Below the pieces are notes generated by a model. It ran no database searches and had not been told where the DNA came from. It saw only the letters and a list, made by a program, of their open reading frames with translations. DNA of 64,000 nt from a virus (Duplodnaviria; Caudoviricetes), in the IMG/VR virus record IMGVR_UViG_3300029288_000170, positions 4,003-68,002 of that record; one strand, 5' to 3'. The translations under genes and the position numbers were made by a program. The stretch's first letter is position 1, and the number at the start of each line of letters is the position of its first letter. Positions 19,101 through 29,597 of this stretch are shown piece after piece.

Positions 19101-22100
19101 TTAAACTAGGTGCGGCTGAGCAGGAAAAAGGCATTAAAGAAAGGATTGATGCTATTAATGCTGAACTAGGTAAAGTAGGTGATGCTAAGGGCGATCCTAA
19201 ACGTAAAATTGAACTTAATAAAATGTTGTTCTTAGCTACACAAGAATTAACACAACTTAAACTTTCAACTGCGGATCAATTACGTAAAATAGATGAAGAT
19301 GAAATAAACAAACTAAATGAAGTTTCTGGTAAAACAGATGTTGTTATAGAAAAATATAACCGTTTACTTTCTACTTTACGTGGATTAAAAGATGTAAGAG
19401 ATAGTAAAGGTAAACCGATTATTGATGCTAAAGACTTTGCAAGTATTCAGGATGACTTACAAAACAAGATAGCTAATGAACATGCTAAACCATCAGAAGG
19501 TTTAAAGTCGTACAATGAACTGATTAAGGATATTATTGCTAACACTAAAGACCTTGGTGCTACTAACTCAGGTGTTTTTGATGCTGCTTTAGGTGGATTT
19601 AATCAACTAGCAGGTGCTTTAGATAACTTATCTGAACACTTAGAGTTCTATGCAAATAAACAACTAGAACTTAATGATAAGAAGTTTAAAGCAGAAACAG
19701 AAAACTCTAAAGAACTTGACCCTGTTTTACGTTATGCTAGAGAACTTGATATAGCTGAGAAAGCGGCAGAAGCACAAAAGAATCTAAACTCTGACACAGT
19801 TAAGGCTAAACTAGCTGGTGTTAGTCAGATGTTAGGTGCAGCAGAAGGTATGTTTAAGAAAGAATCTGGTGCAGCTAAGGCATTACATTCATTAAATGCT
19901 GTACTAAGTGCTGCTAGGATAGCAATGGCTATAGCAGAAAAAGCAGAGTCTTTAAAAACTATGGCAGTTAATGTTGCTGGAGGTGTAGCTAAGATGTTTG
20001 AACAATCTGGTTGGGCTGGCTTTGCTGGTGCTGCTGGTTTCTTAGCTTTAATGGCTGGTTTAGGCTATAGTGCTTTTGGTGGTACATCTAAACAAGAAAT
20101 ACCTACTGATAGTGGAACTAAAGGTACAGTTCTGGGTGACAATGAAGCTAGTTCACAATCTTTATCTAATGTAGCAGAACTACTTAAAGACATTCATGCT
20201 AAAGAATATAGAGAACTGGTTGGTATTAATCAATCTGTAACTAGTATGGCAGCAGGTATACAAGATGCGGTAGCTAGTGTATTTCGTGGTGGTGGTTTAG
20301 AGACTACGTCAGCCGGTTTTGGTAAAACGATTGGGGTAGGGGTAGGAGGGTTTGCCCAAACTGCGGTGAGAACTTTTGATAATATCTACAATCCAGTCAA
20401 TTTGCTTGTACGTAAACTTCCAGTTGTAGGTAAGTTTATGGAAGCTATAGATGGATTTTTATTCGGCACTAAAAAAGTAGAGCTAAAGGCTGTTGGTATT
20501 GAAACTGCTATAACTAAATTAACTAATATAGCTGCTGGTGTCAATCCTACCCAGTTCCAAATAAATCACGTTAAAAAGAAAGGTGCATTAGGTGGACTAT
20601 TTGGCGGTAACAAAGAGTTTGATGAACAATTTAACTCACCATTAGATACTGAAACTGCCTTGACTATTAACAAAATCTTTGCTAATGCTGGTGAAGCTAT
20701 CTTTGGAGCATCTAAAGTATTTAATAATATCTTCGATGAAGCAATAAACAACTATGTGCTGCCTGGTTTAAAGGTAGATTTGAAAGACCTTAAAGGAGAA
20801 GATGCTGCTAAGAAGATGCAAGAAGCTATTTCAACATTACTAGATACTGCTTCTGGTGCTATCTTTGACTCATTAAAACAATTCCAACAACTTGGTGAAG
20901 GAATGTTTGAAACAGTCAACCGAATAGTTATAGATGTATCTGTAGTTCGTGATAGTTTAAAGATGGTAAACACCCCATTAAAAGTTCTTGGTTTAGATGC
21001 TATACAAGTTGCAGAAGCTATTGTAACTGCTTCTGGGGGTATTAAAGAAGCTAGAAGTAACTTTGAAAGTTTCTTTGAAAAGTTCTTTAGTGACTTGGAT
21101 CATCAGCTATATAACTTTGAAAACTTGCAGGGTATGTTACAAGACATGAACTTAACCCTTCCGTTTTCTAGAGAAGGTTGGAAAGATTTAACTCAGGAAA
21201 TGTTAAAAGGTGGTGTTGCTACAGCTACTACTGCTGCAAGGCTGCTCGAACTAACAACTTCTGCTGATGAGTTCTATAAGTTCTTAGAAAAAGGCGAAAG
21301 TAGGTTCCAGAATGTTTCAAGTGGTGGTCAAAACATTATAGATAAACTAATTGAACAATTAAACTTCTTATACGTTAAATTTAGTAATATCTTTGCTGTA
21401 ATGTCTATTGATCCTAATAGAACTTGGGCAGGTTTTGACAACAAGATGCAAGAAGTTGTAGGAGCGGCTAAAGAAAGTTTAAATGCTTCTCTCTACGCTT
21501 TAGACCAATTAACTGCATCTATTCAACGAGGTATTTTAGATAAAACTAATGCTTTTAAAGACTTAATTACTACAATCGGTATAAATACTTATCAGACTTT
21601 AGCTACTGCTAGACTAGCTGGTGACTTAAATAGTGCTGATTGGAATAAACAGTTTGCCGCTCAACGTAAGTTAGAAACGGTAAGAGCTAATGTAGTTAAG
21701 TTAGAAGATGCCTTAACACATAGGCAACTAGTTAGATTTAATGCGGAACTTAATCGAAATATAGCTGGTGAAGATTTTCAAGACCGCTATAATCGCCAGT
21801 TCTCAGCATTAGAGAAAATCCAGAACCTAGTACAAACTAAATATGACAAGGAACTACAACTACTAACACAAACTATAACTGCAATCTCAGGTATACAAAC
21901 ACATGTAAGAGAATTGTTAACAAACGAAACATTGTCACCTTTGTCTAACACACAAATGTTAACAAGACTTCGTGAACAGTTTGAACTAACTTTACAAGCG
22001 GCAAAAGGTGGCGATGTAACTGCTTTAGGTAATGTAAACAGCACATTAGATGCTTACTTACAACAAGCTAGAACATTCTACTCTTCATCTGAGCAGTATA

Positions 22101-22963
22101 GTAAAATATTTACACAAGCTACTACAGATGCTTTAAGTCTCACAGATTTGGCTTTAACAACTGAGGAAAAGATTGAATCTAACACAGCTAATATGGTATC
22201 AGAACTGCAACGTCTGCAACTTAAGTTAGATGAGTTAGAACTAGCAAGACAAGAAATTGCAGTTACCGACCGTGAAGCTTTACTTACCAAATACGATCAA
22301 ATTGCTTTTAGTTTCTTATCTTCTATACAAATCTTAGTAGATAAAGCAGCTCCTGGAAGTGGTGTAGATGTAGGTAGAAGTTATGGTGGAACTGGTAGTG
22401 GTACTTCAGGCAAAAACAACTTCACTACAGTAGATGCTAAAGTTAGGAAAGAAAACATAGATCACTTTAATGCTTTAATAAGTGCATCTAGATTTGCCGA
22501 AGCTGCGAAGTTTGGTTTAGGCAAAGGTTATAGTAAACAAGCTATTGCTAAGTACATGTCTGATGTGTACGGTATCTCCCAAGGCGACACTATGAAGTGG
22601 TTTGCTGCTAATGGTTTCGCAGTTGGAGGTGCCTTTACTAATGGAGTAGTAAGTAGACCTACTTTGTTCAATGCTGCCGTAATGGGTGAAAAGGGAAGTG
22701 AGGGAATATTGCCTTTGTCTAATGTTGGTGGTATACTAGGTGTACATGCAAATATAGGTGGTAGTAAGGAATTGATAGCAGAAGTTAGGGCTTTAAGACA
22801 AGAAGTTAGTTCTTTACGTAATGAAGCTAAACAACATACTGGCGATCTAATTGCTTATAACTATGATGCTACTAATAAAGCCGCTCAAACTATAGTTAAA
22901 GGGACTGATGAAGCAACGGATAAACTTAATTGGAAAGAGAAATCTAAACCAGCTTTAGTTTAA
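16181..22963 (+). CDS. Tail tape measure protein (2260 aa)
   Basis: Very long helical Ala/Leu/Lys-rich ORF; tape-measure domain (GIFNALAQIFNKSKVQSEELVKQLGNLIPGAF); C-terminal FAVGG...MGEKGSEGILPL motif. Confidence 0.93.
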   Translation: MATATEKTLKIRIVTQLSGEDAFKKLGASIDSDNTKINQFSTTLKKNKEGVDVYTHSIQLLSKNLNDLRIAKEVTDAVFNNKVKTNNPIISENPLKSQLTAQNQIAAAYAEQSRLATANLYKQLALEQSIRINGNTSLKVLQLKAAQDEQAIKENLANRLNSIEEDIKNGVITKVKQAEKARVDAVKLAAKEITQIRKATEAEESKIVKRDTSANIFKTETDRAITEMNRRLSMEQTIRQHGAKSIETLELKSANEVIAIRERMAAKLLEVENRLRTGTLGNRGQANLIRSNILKQEEREINQVTSSYDKQIHALREAANEHQNLFTRVGEIVGIYRIWNFTINSVVAALKAIPKIGIELESTQASLTATTGSSSGLASVMSFLKNEAERTGIAVSTLRETFRGFQASTSLAGETLQTTVNIFRDINTVVTSLHLPAEKASGIFNALAQIFNKSKVQSEELVKQLGNLIPGAFAAFAAANKAQFANSSILIEEMKKGTVFAHETVERFAAFLSNRFASSFDIASKGLNANIGRMQTSFTLLGEAIYGLSSGALSDITKSLTSFANYLTSSIDGTTNLTVAVKGLTEALILLASAGFLKVIDKALLASSTIVATTGVMARLSGAGYLAVAALDKLKLAFGFLVNPYTIIAGIGLLIYHFGNLQDRVNETAKAVAQKSKEMLESIKAAQNPSREKILLELDFDVANDSMVKTLRKQIQEEQKNISDLSKKQLTLGFSTKEAIKQNDERVQQLKEARIRLQDLTKEEANAVKVAKEKLQIQNAEQRTLTNLTGVNPAGVLREQKLKELSFTNPVAFARENYLETASSDLKGLSEKIEQYPKDIKVLQDEIANLTKVASTATGSQLEETTIAIESLKGRLNETKTLLDQSINSVNLIYSNADKAAEKAKTKTEKSGNKAVESAHALSMTTLKAHLAELKEAAETEVKIHKDKQNELDLLQKLGRVSLATYYSGLIEEIKLGAAEQEKGIKERIDAINAELGKVGDAKGDPKRKIELNKMLFLATQELTQLKLSTADQLRKIDEDEINKLNEVSGKTDVVIEKYNRLLSTLRGLKDVRDSKGKPIIDAKDFASIQDDLQNKIANEHAKPSEGLKSYNELIKDIIANTKDLGATNSGVFDAALGGFNQLAGALDNLSEHLEFYANKQLELNDKKFKAETENSKELDPVLRYARELDIAEKAAEAQKNLNSDTVKAKLAGVSQMLGAAEGMFKKESGAAKALHSLNAVLSAARIAMAIAEKAESLKTMAVNVAGGVAKMFEQSGWAGFAGAAGFLALMAGLGYSAFGGTSKQEIPTDSGTKGTVLGDNEASSQSLSNVAELLKDIHAKEYRELVGINQSVTSMAAGIQDAVASVFRGGGLETTSAGFGKTIGVGVGGFAQTAVRTFDNIYNPVNLLVRKLPVVGKFMEAIDGFLFGTKKVELKAVGIETAITKLTNIAAGVNPTQFQINHVKKKGALGGLFGGNKEFDEQFNSPLDTETALTINKIFANAGEAIFGASKVFNNIFDEAINNYVLPGLKVDLKDLKGEDAAKKMQEAISTLLDTASGAIFDSLKQFQQLGEGMFETVNRIVIDVSVVRDSLKMVNTPLKVLGLDAIQVAEAIVTASGGIKEARSNFESFFEKFFSDLDHQLYNFENLQGMLQDMNLTLPFSREGWKDLTQEMLKGGVATATTAARLLELTTSADEFYKFLEKGESRFQNVSSGGQNIIDKLIEQLNFLYVKFSNIFAVMSIDPNRTWAGFDNKMQEVVGAAKESLNASLYALDQLTASIQRGILDKTNAFKDLITTIGINTYQTLATARLAGDLNSADWNKQFAAQRKLETVRANVVKLEDALTHRQLVRFNAELNRNIAGEDFQDRYNRQFSALEKIQNLVQTKYDKELQLLTQTITAISGIQTHVRELLTNETLSPLSNTQMLTRLREQFELTLQAAKGGDVTALGNVNSTLDAYLQQARTFYSSSEQYSKIFTQATTDALSLTDLALTTEEKIESNTANMVSELQRLQLKLDELELARQEIAVTDREALLTKYDQIAFSFLSSIQILVDKAAPGSGVDVGRSYGGTGSGTSGKNNFTTVDAKVRKENIDHFNALISASRFAEAAKFGLGKGYSKQAIAKYMSDVYGISQGDTMKWFAANGFAVGGAFTNGVVSRPTLFNAAVMGEKGSEGILPLSNVGGILGVHANIGGSKELIAEVRALRQEVSSLRNEAKQHTGDLIAYNYDATNKAAQTIVKGTDEATDKLNWKEKSKPALV

Positions 22964-22972
22964 TATTTATAA

Positions 22973-23008
22973 GGTAGGTTAATGTAAAAGTTAACCTACC
23001 ATCTTTTT
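22973..23008 (+). terminator. Rho-independent terminator after tape measure
   Basis: GGTAGGTTAA-N8-TTAACCTACC then ATCTTTTT. Confidence 0.7.
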
Positions 23009-23018
23009 GGAAATAATT

Positions 23019-23459
23019 ATGGCAGATAATGTTAATCTTAATATAGGTATTGGTGGAGATGTTCTTGCAGCAGATGACATTGGAGGAGTTAAGTACCAAC
23101 GGGTTAAACCTGTACATGGGCCAGATGGTACTGCTACAGATACAAGTTCTGCAAACCCTTTACCAGTTTACCAACAACCCTTTAAACCCAATTACACAAC
23201 TGGACAAACTGTAACTCCTGCTGCTGCTGCTGCTAGTGTTGCTATAAACTCAACAGATAAACAGGTATGTTTAACTAATACTGGTTTAAATGATTGCCAT
23301 GTTCGTATAGATGCTAATGCTATGAGTGCAACTGTAGCAGACTTTCTTGTCCTAGCTGGCTCACAAGTTATTATAACTAAAGCGACTGGTGATGATGTTT
23401 TAAGTCATATCTCAGCATCTGGAACTACTTTACATATAATTACAGGAGAAGGTAACTAA
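23019..23459 (+). CDS. Virion structural protein (putative)
   Basis: MADNVNLNIGIGGDVLAADDIGGVKYQRVK... beta-rich, translationally coupled to tailspike. Confidence 0.5.
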   Translation: MADNVNLNIGIGGDVLAADDIGGVKYQRVKPVHGPDGTATDTSSANPLPVYQQPFKPNYTTGQTVTPAAAAASVAINSTDKQVCLTNTGLNDCHVRIDANAMSATVADFLVLAGSQVIITKATGDDVLSHISASGTTLHIITGEGN

Positions 23460-25174
23460 TGCTTAAGTCAGTTAGAAATGCTTTGGCTGTTTTAAACTAC
23501 AATACTGGTTCGTCTTTAATTGGCTATCTTGCAGCTTTTGTAGGAGCAGTTCCAAGAACAGTTGAAGGTAAATTACAAGAGATCATTAGCGTTAAAGAAT
23601 TTGGTGCCGTAGGTGATGGTATAACGGACGACTCAGCCGCGTTTAGTGCGGCATGGGCGAAGATGATAGAAACTAAAACGCTTTATGGGTTAGAGCGTTA
23701 TGTGCATATCAGTATAGTAATTCCTCCAGGCAAATATTATATTGGTTCCAGTATTAACTGGACAGATTGCGCCGCCTATAACTTGAGTATTTATGGCTAT
23801 GGAGCAGTTATAATTGGGGATGTTGCGGGCGGCAATATTATAGACATGATTGGGGCGCTTGGTGCTCATATACTTGGGCTAACGGTAACAAGTGGTGCTG
23901 TTAATGTAGCTAAAACTGGTTTATTGTTAGGCCCAATAGGAACTGCTACTTGTGGAATAAACAAGCTGTCTGATGTAAAGATTGAAGGGTATTACAGTGC
24001 GGGGCCATTATTAAATATAGGCTCTGAAACAACTAAATTTGATAATGTACGGTTGTCAAACTTTAATACCATCGGGGATTCTTATGCGTATGTAGGAGAC
24101 GGCATGAACCGATTCGGTGCTGTTAGTGAGTATCAAACTATACGCGCACCTAATACGGCTGCCAGTTTCACAGAAAACACATTTAATCATTGCTCACTTA
24201 GAAACTACTCTACTGTAAATAATGGGGCGGCTGTTTACATAGAAAATACTGTTGGCTGGTCATTCGATAAAGGATGTTATTTTCTGGCATTTACCGGCCC
24301 TGCTGTGCGTATTCGTAACGAAGCCAACTCCAGAAACTACGGGTTATCTCTAAAAGGACTATTCGAAACAACCTTAGCACCTGGGTTAGATTATGCTGTT
24401 GAGTATTGGGTAAGTACAGGAGCAGTAACTACAACTGAAGACAATGATTTTGATCTTACTACACCACATGCTAAGACAGCTATTATAAAAGTCAGTCATC
24501 CTACTGGTGGGCCTGTTGGCGATCTTACATTCTATGGCACTATCAGGCTAAGAGGATCTTATGCTGGTTCGGCTGTACCACTCTTTGATGCACCAACATT
24601 AACTTTTGTTGGTGATATTCACTGCGTGTTAGGTGGGGCAATACAGTTAGAAAATATTGCGGCAGGTAGTGGTGTTATCTATACAACAAATATAGCAAAT
24701 ATAACTTTTCCAGCAGATGCCAGCCCATATAACTTTATGGTTATGGATACAACATCTGGAACGCTTAATACAGTAGCTAAAGATTCTGTATTTCATTGTT
24801 TCTCTAGTGCAGAACAAGCAGGTTCTCTTAAATTTGCTAGGCTTCCAGGTCATGCAGATCGTGGAAGTAAGCTAGAAGTCTTTAACTCAGCTACCACTGC
24901 ACTTAACTACATTAAATTAAAAGTTCATAATGGTACTATTGGGGCAACTGTAGATACATTAACTGCTAAGGGTGATGGAAGCATAGATGTAGCTACTTCT
25001 ATTAGTATTGCTGGAACTAAAGTACTTGGCCCACAAGATACTGGTTGGACTGCTGCAACTGGAACTGCTAGTAAAGGTGCATTTGATACAGCTACCGTAA
25101 CCTTACCAGATTTAGCACAACAAGTTAAAGCCATACGTGATCTACTTGCAACTAATGGAACAACTAACGCTTAA
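23459..25174 (+). CDS. Tailspike / depolymerase (pectate-lyase-fold)
   Basis: RTVEGKLQEIISVKEFGAVGDGITDDSAAF N-terminal signature; beta-helix body; C-terminal VLGPQDTGWTAATGTASKGAFD...VKAIRDLL motif seen in tailspikes. Confidence 0.8.
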   Translation: MLKSVRNALAVLNYNTGSSLIGYLAAFVGAVPRTVEGKLQEIISVKEFGAVGDGITDDSAAFSAAWAKMIETKTLYGLERYVHISIVIPPGKYYIGSSINWTDCAAYNLSIYGYGAVIIGDVAGGNIIDMIGALGAHILGLTVTSGAVNVAKTGLLLGPIGTATCGINKLSDVKIEGYYSAGPLLNIGSETTKFDNVRLSNFNTIGDSYAYVGDGMNRFGAVSEYQTIRAPNTAASFTENTFNHCSLRNYSTVNNGAAVYIENTVGWSFDKGCYFLAFTGPAVRIRNEANSRNYGLSLKGLFETTLAPGLDYAVEYWVSTGAVTTTEDNDFDLTTPHAKTAIIKVSHPTGGPVGDLTFYGTIRLRGSYAGSAVPLFDAPTLTFVGDIHCVLGGAIQLENIAAGSGVIYTTNIANITFPADASPYNFMVMDTTSGTLNTVAKDSVFHCFSSAEQAGSLKFARLPGHADRGSKLEVFNSATTALNYIKLKVHNGTIGATVDTLTAKGDGSIDVATSISIAGTKVLGPQDTGWTAATGTASKGAFDTATVTLPDLAQQVKAIRDLLATNGTTNA

Positions 25175-25183
25175 AGGTAAAAT

Positions 25184-26674
25184 ATGTCTTTAGCTATACT
25201 ATTAAACTTATTAAATCTACCTGATTTAAACTCTTTGTCTGAAAAAGCAGACCAGTTAACACTTATTGCTGAAATAGGTGTTAAATCTGGTGGTTCTGAC
25301 ATAACTAGAAGATTGTCTAACAAAATATATAAAACTAAAGCAGGTGACAGCCCTGCTAATCAACCTTATCTAGACATTCTATCTGGTAACATACAAACAT
25401 CAGAAGATATTTCTTTAGACGGTTCTCCTAGTTTTAGCTTTACTGACTTAGAAATAAGCAATCAGGAAGGTTTGTATGATAGTTGGCTATTAGATATATG
25501 GGTTAATCAACCAATTAGAATCTATATCGGTCTAGATAATTCCGCTAGAAGCAGTTTTGTGCTTGTGTTTGATGGAATTGTTGCTGATATAGATTCAAAA
25601 AGTCGAAATACCTTAAACATTAAAGTAAGGGATAAGTTACAAAGGTTAAATACCCCAATAACTGAAACCGTTTTAGGTGGTTTAAGTGAAAATGCCCAAG
25701 CAATTATACCTTATGCTTTTGGGGAATGTTTCAACGTAACTCCTTTACTAACTGACCAACTTAACTTAACTTACCAGTTTTGCGGCCATGCTAGTGAAGA
25801 TGTTATAGAAACCAGAGCTACAGGTGCGCCAGTAAGTATAAATAAACTACTTGCAACTGGTAAATTTAACTTAACTCGTCGGCCTTATGGTGATGTTACT
25901 TGTTCAGTACAAGGTTATAAAGACACAACTTACTACAATGATATAGGTAACTTAATTCAATTAATTGTTTTGAACTTTGGCAAACCTGGAGATATGTTTA
26001 GTTCAGGAGATATAGATTCTTCTAACTTTGCAGCTTATATTGCCACTCATACACAAGCAGTTGGCTATTACGTTAACGATAAACAAAACATTATAACTGT
26101 TATACAGGAACTTGCATCTAGTTTACAAACTCAAGTCCTTTGCAATCGTTTAGGAAGGTTACAACTACACCAAATAGCGTTATCTGGAACCCCAAACAGA
26201 ACAATTACTGGTTCTGATATGGTAGCTAATTCGCTACGGATAGTTGCTAAACCAGAAGTTCAAAGTACAGTTATGTTAAATTACTGTAAAAACTGGACTC
26301 CTCAAAACAACTTACAAACGGGCTTGGCTAACCAAAGTAGAAGTATTTTAGCTGATGAATGGCGACTTGTAACATCTACTGATACAACTGTCAAGGACAA
26401 CTACAAACAAACTACTTATCCTGAACCTGCAAATTCCTATCTAGTTAATAAGGCAGAAGCACAGACAGAAGCAGATAGAAGAAGGGATTTATGGAAAGCA
26501 CAAAGGTTTGTATTTGAATTTGATGGAACACCTAACACAGCAAACTTAACAATCGGACAAACAATAACTTTACAACACTCAAGATTTAACTTACAATCTG
26601 GTGTTACTGGTTTAATCATTGGTGTTACGATTAACTGGAAAACTTTACGTACCTCAATAAGAGTACTTGCATAA
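25184..26674 (+). CDS. Tail tip / hub protein
   Basis: 496 aa; IPYAFGECFNVTPLL motif; position in tail tip block. Confidence 0.6.
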   Translation: MSLAILLNLLNLPDLNSLSEKADQLTLIAEIGVKSGGSDITRRLSNKIYKTKAGDSPANQPYLDILSGNIQTSEDISLDGSPSFSFTDLEISNQEGLYDSWLLDIWVNQPIRIYIGLDNSARSSFVLVFDGIVADIDSKSRNTLNIKVRDKLQRLNTPITETVLGGLSENAQAIIPYAFGECFNVTPLLTDQLNLTYQFCGHASEDVIETRATGAPVSINKLLATGKFNLTRRPYGDVTCSVQGYKDTTYYNDIGNLIQLIVLNFGKPGDMFSSGDIDSSNFAAYIATHTQAVGYYVNDKQNIITVIQELASSLQTQVLCNRLGRLQLHQIALSGTPNRTITGSDMVANSLRIVAKPEVQSTVMLNYCKNWTPQNNLQTGLANQSRSILADEWRLVTSTDTTVKDNYKQTTYPEPANSYLVNKAEAQTEADRRRDLWKAQRFVFEFDGTPNTANLTIGQTITLQHSRFNLQSGVTGLIIGVTINWKTLRTSIRVLA

Positions 26675-28125
26675 TGGCAACTATAAAAAATGAAGCAGAT
26701 TTACTTCTGCAAGCAATAGTACCTAGGTTTACACCATTATCTGTAACTGGTTTAACTGATGACCAGTTGACTACTATAGCTAACATGACTGCTATAACAG
26801 ATAATAATGTTGTTGCGGTTGCTGAGAAAACTACTTTTAATACTTGGTGGTTGGCTGTTGTTAAAGAGTATACAGTATTAAATGACCAATCAGCAATTAT
26901 TGGCCTAGATGCAACTATACGGGCAGATTATACAACTAACTACAACACTTTAGCTGCCTTAGTTACACCTGTTCTGGTAAGTCTAGTAATTGATGATGTT
27001 ATAGATGGAGATGCTTTTACCTCTGCCATTTATGACTACTATACCAAACGACAAGAGTTAATACAAGAACGGACAACTTACTATAACCAGAACCTTTTAG
27101 CTGGTCGGGGTGTTAATATATGCCACCCTAGGTATAGTAGCTTTGAGGAATCTTCGTTACCTCCAGTATTTCCTGGACTTAATAGTACAGTTACTCAAGA
27201 TGCTTCTTTTTCCTACTACGGGGCTAAAGCTCTACGTATTACTGCTACTGGTACAGATGCCTACGCTTATATGGGAGCAACAACAACAGACTACAATATA
27301 TCTATTAAACCAAACAAAAAATGGATAATTTCTGGAATGGTTAGGGCTTCCGCAGCATCTAATGTACCAGTACAACTTTATCTAAAAACATCTGCTGGAA
27401 ACCACTATAATGTAGATGCAACTACTTCTGCAACTCCTGGCGAATGGACTTTAATAAGCGGTGTTTTAGATTTAACTGCTGATGCTTCTACTAAAGCCAT
27501 CTATAGAGTAGATAATGAAGGAGGTACTGGTGCTATTGTAATGTTCGATGGTTTGATGTTAGAGGAATTAGCAGGTGAAATTACTATACCATCTGCCTTT
27601 AATCAACCACCTAACTTCCGTACAGACTATACAGGAGCGATGGATGCTACAAAAGGGGCAACTATAGGTACAGATTTAAATGGTCAAATAGGTGCAGCTA
27701 ACTATAAAACACTTATAGCTAATAACACTATTACTAAAATGTCTTATAGCAATAACTCAGGAACTTCATCAACTAATATAGTAACATCTTTAGCATTTGA
27801 CTCTGATTCTGAAAACGTACTAGCTATTATAACAGGAGTACTAACTTCCCGCTACAACTCTACAGTAGATACACGCGCTAGTATGGTTTGTAAGTTAAAA
27901 GTAGATGGTACTTATATACTTAACAAATTTGTAGCAGTAACACCTAATGCTCCGGCTGGCACAATATCAGGTCATGTAGTTAGTTTTAGTGAGCCAGTAC
28001 TTGTATCTACTCCTGGGACTGGTGCAATATCATTTAGTGCAGAGTTACATTATAGTGATACAGGTGGAGGTACTACTGGTTTTGTAGGTGATGTAGGTTT
28101 AACTTTAATGGCATTGAAACGATGA
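26674..28125 (+). CDS. Tail fibre-like protein with carbohydrate-binding (CBM-like) domain
   Basis: NICHPRYSSFE...YYGAKALRITATG...WIISGMVRAS...FDGLMLEE jelly-roll pattern; ADATKGATIG-type linker. Confidence 0.6.
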   Translation: MATIKNEADLLLQAIVPRFTPLSVTGLTDDQLTTIANMTAITDNNVVAVAEKTTFNTWWLAVVKEYTVLNDQSAIIGLDATIRADYTTNYNTLAALVTPVLVSLVIDDVIDGDAFTSAIYDYYTKRQELIQERTTYYNQNLLAGRGVNICHPRYSSFEESSLPPVFPGLNSTVTQDASFSYYGAKALRITATGTDAYAYMGATTTDYNISIKPNKKWIISGMVRASAASNVPVQLYLKTSAGNHYNVDATTSATPGEWTLISGVLDLTADASTKAIYRVDNEGGTGAIVMFDGLMLEELAGEITIPSAFNQPPNFRTDYTGAMDATKGATIGTDLNGQIGAANYKTLIANNTITKMSYSNNSGTSSTNIVTSLAFDSDSENVLAIITGVLTSRYNSTVDTRASMVCKLKVDGTYILNKFVAVTPNAPAGTISGHVVSFSEPVLVSTPGTGAISFSAELHYSDTGGGTTGFVGDVGLTLMALKR

Positions 28126-28751
28126 AAACATTTACAATTTACGATATGAATGGGGAATATCTACGACATGGTAGTTGTCCTCTTAATGAATTTATGGCGC
28201 AAGTTGGCACTGGAGAAGTTATAATTGAAGGTTTGTACCCTAAAACTAACTACTACATGCTTAATTGGGAAGTTGTAGAGAAAGGTAATCCTCCTACTGA
28301 GTACCATAAATGGGACAGTGTAAGTAACTCCTGGGTTCCTACTGTAGCCAAAGCAGTTTATACTATACACAAAGCCATTGAAAAAGAACGTGATACTCGT
28401 AGGTTTGCAAATATCACAGTAGATAGCATAACTATCCAAGCAGATGAAGAAGCTATAAGAAACATAGAAAAGAAACAACAACATATAGGTGCCAAAGCAA
28501 GACTTACCTCTACCTTACCTGTTGATCAACTTTTTTGGCGTGATGCAGGTAATACAATACATACTTGGGCAAATGCAACTGCTTATGCTACTTGGTTAGA
28601 TAATGTAGTCGCTGCCCTAGGCGACAGAGAAACCTTAATTTGGGCAAAAAGCTTTATTCACAAAGATAACATAACTACTTTAGGTCAAGAAAACACTGAA
28701 ACTGCCCTAAATAACATACTTTCGTATAACATAACTACAGGATGGGAATAA
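28122..28751 (+). CDS. Tail fibre assembly-like protein (DUF4376-like C-terminus)
   Basis: YHKWD...WV; IEKERDTRRFANITVD...QADEEAIRNI; WRDAGN motif. Confidence 0.55.
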   Translation: MKTFTIYDMNGEYLRHGSCPLNEFMAQVGTGEVIIEGLYPKTNYYMLNWEVVEKGNPPTEYHKWDSVSNSWVPTVAKAVYTIHKAIEKERDTRRFANITVDSITIQADEEAIRNIEKKQQHIGAKARLTSTLPVDQLFWRDAGNTIHTWANATAYATWLDNVVAALGDRETLIWAKSFIHKDNITTLGQENTETALNNILSYNITTGWE

Positions 28752-29587
28752 TGGCTTGCTTACGTATATGTGCAAACAATCTAGTTGAAGGTGGAAATCT
28801 GGTAAATAGCCTAACGGCAACTACTGAAGTAGCTACGATGCCAGTAAATAATCTACTAAACTCTAGAAAATCTGCTGTTTGGCGAACGACAAGTGTTGCT
28901 AGTGAGCAGATTATCTCAACTACTTTTAACACTTCACAAACTATTAACTTTATTGCACTGTTTTTTACTAACTTATCAGTACTAGCTACGGTTGAAGTTA
29001 AGGTATTTACTCTAGATACAGATGTTGTACCTGCTTATACTTCAGCGGCCACATTAGTTATGTCAAATGAATCTAGTGTTTCTGGTATCTCACCTACTAT
29101 ACATAGTTACGCTTATGGTGCTGGCGCTATGGGGGTAGTTTATTTTCCAGATATAAGTGGTGAGAAAGTAACTATAGGTTTAACTGATACAGGTAATACT
29201 GATGGGTACTTGGAAGTAGGTAATATGGTTATAGGTAAGTACTGGAGTCCTGCGAGGAATTTTGAAAAGGGCGAAACATGGTCTATTGTTGATACAGGAA
29301 ACCATTATAGAACTGATAGTGCAGACTTGTTGACGGAAGCTGGTGTCAAGTACCGGAGAATTGCTCTCAAGCTCGGTTTGATGGAAAGTAATGATAGGGA
29401 TGCGATGTTAAATTTACTACGCTCAAACGGCAAAAATCGGCCTATTTTTATGTCCCTGTACCCAGAAGATTTGGATAAAAAGAAAGAATTAATGTATACT
29501 ATTCAAGGTAAGTTAGAAGATTTAGGACAACTCGACCATCATCTAACATCTTACTACAGTTTACCAACAACTATTATAGAAGTTTAA
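28751..29587 (+). CDS. Tail tip protein (Dit-like)
   Basis: NNLLNSRKSAVWRTT, GYLEVGNMVIGKYWSP motifs typical of proteobacterial siphophage tip proteins. Confidence 0.55.
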   Translation: MACLRICANNLVEGGNLVNSLTATTEVATMPVNNLLNSRKSAVWRTTSVASEQIISTTFNTSQTINFIALFFTNLSVLATVEVKVFTLDTDVVPAYTSAATLVMSNESSVSGISPTIHSYAYGAGAMGVVYFPDISGEKVTIGLTDTGNTDGYLEVGNMVIGKYWSPARNFEKGETWSIVDTGNHYRTDSADLLTEAGVKYRRIALKLGLMESNDRDAMLNLLRSNGKNRPIFMSLYPEDLDKKKELMYTIQGKLEDLGQLDHHLTSYYSLPTTIIEV

Positions 29588-29597
29588 AGGGTTTAAA

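Noticed and set aside
16504-22290. Several minus-strand ORFs inside the tape measure gene
   Set aside because: Antisense shadows typical of low-stop reverse frames; no RBS or recognisable motifs.
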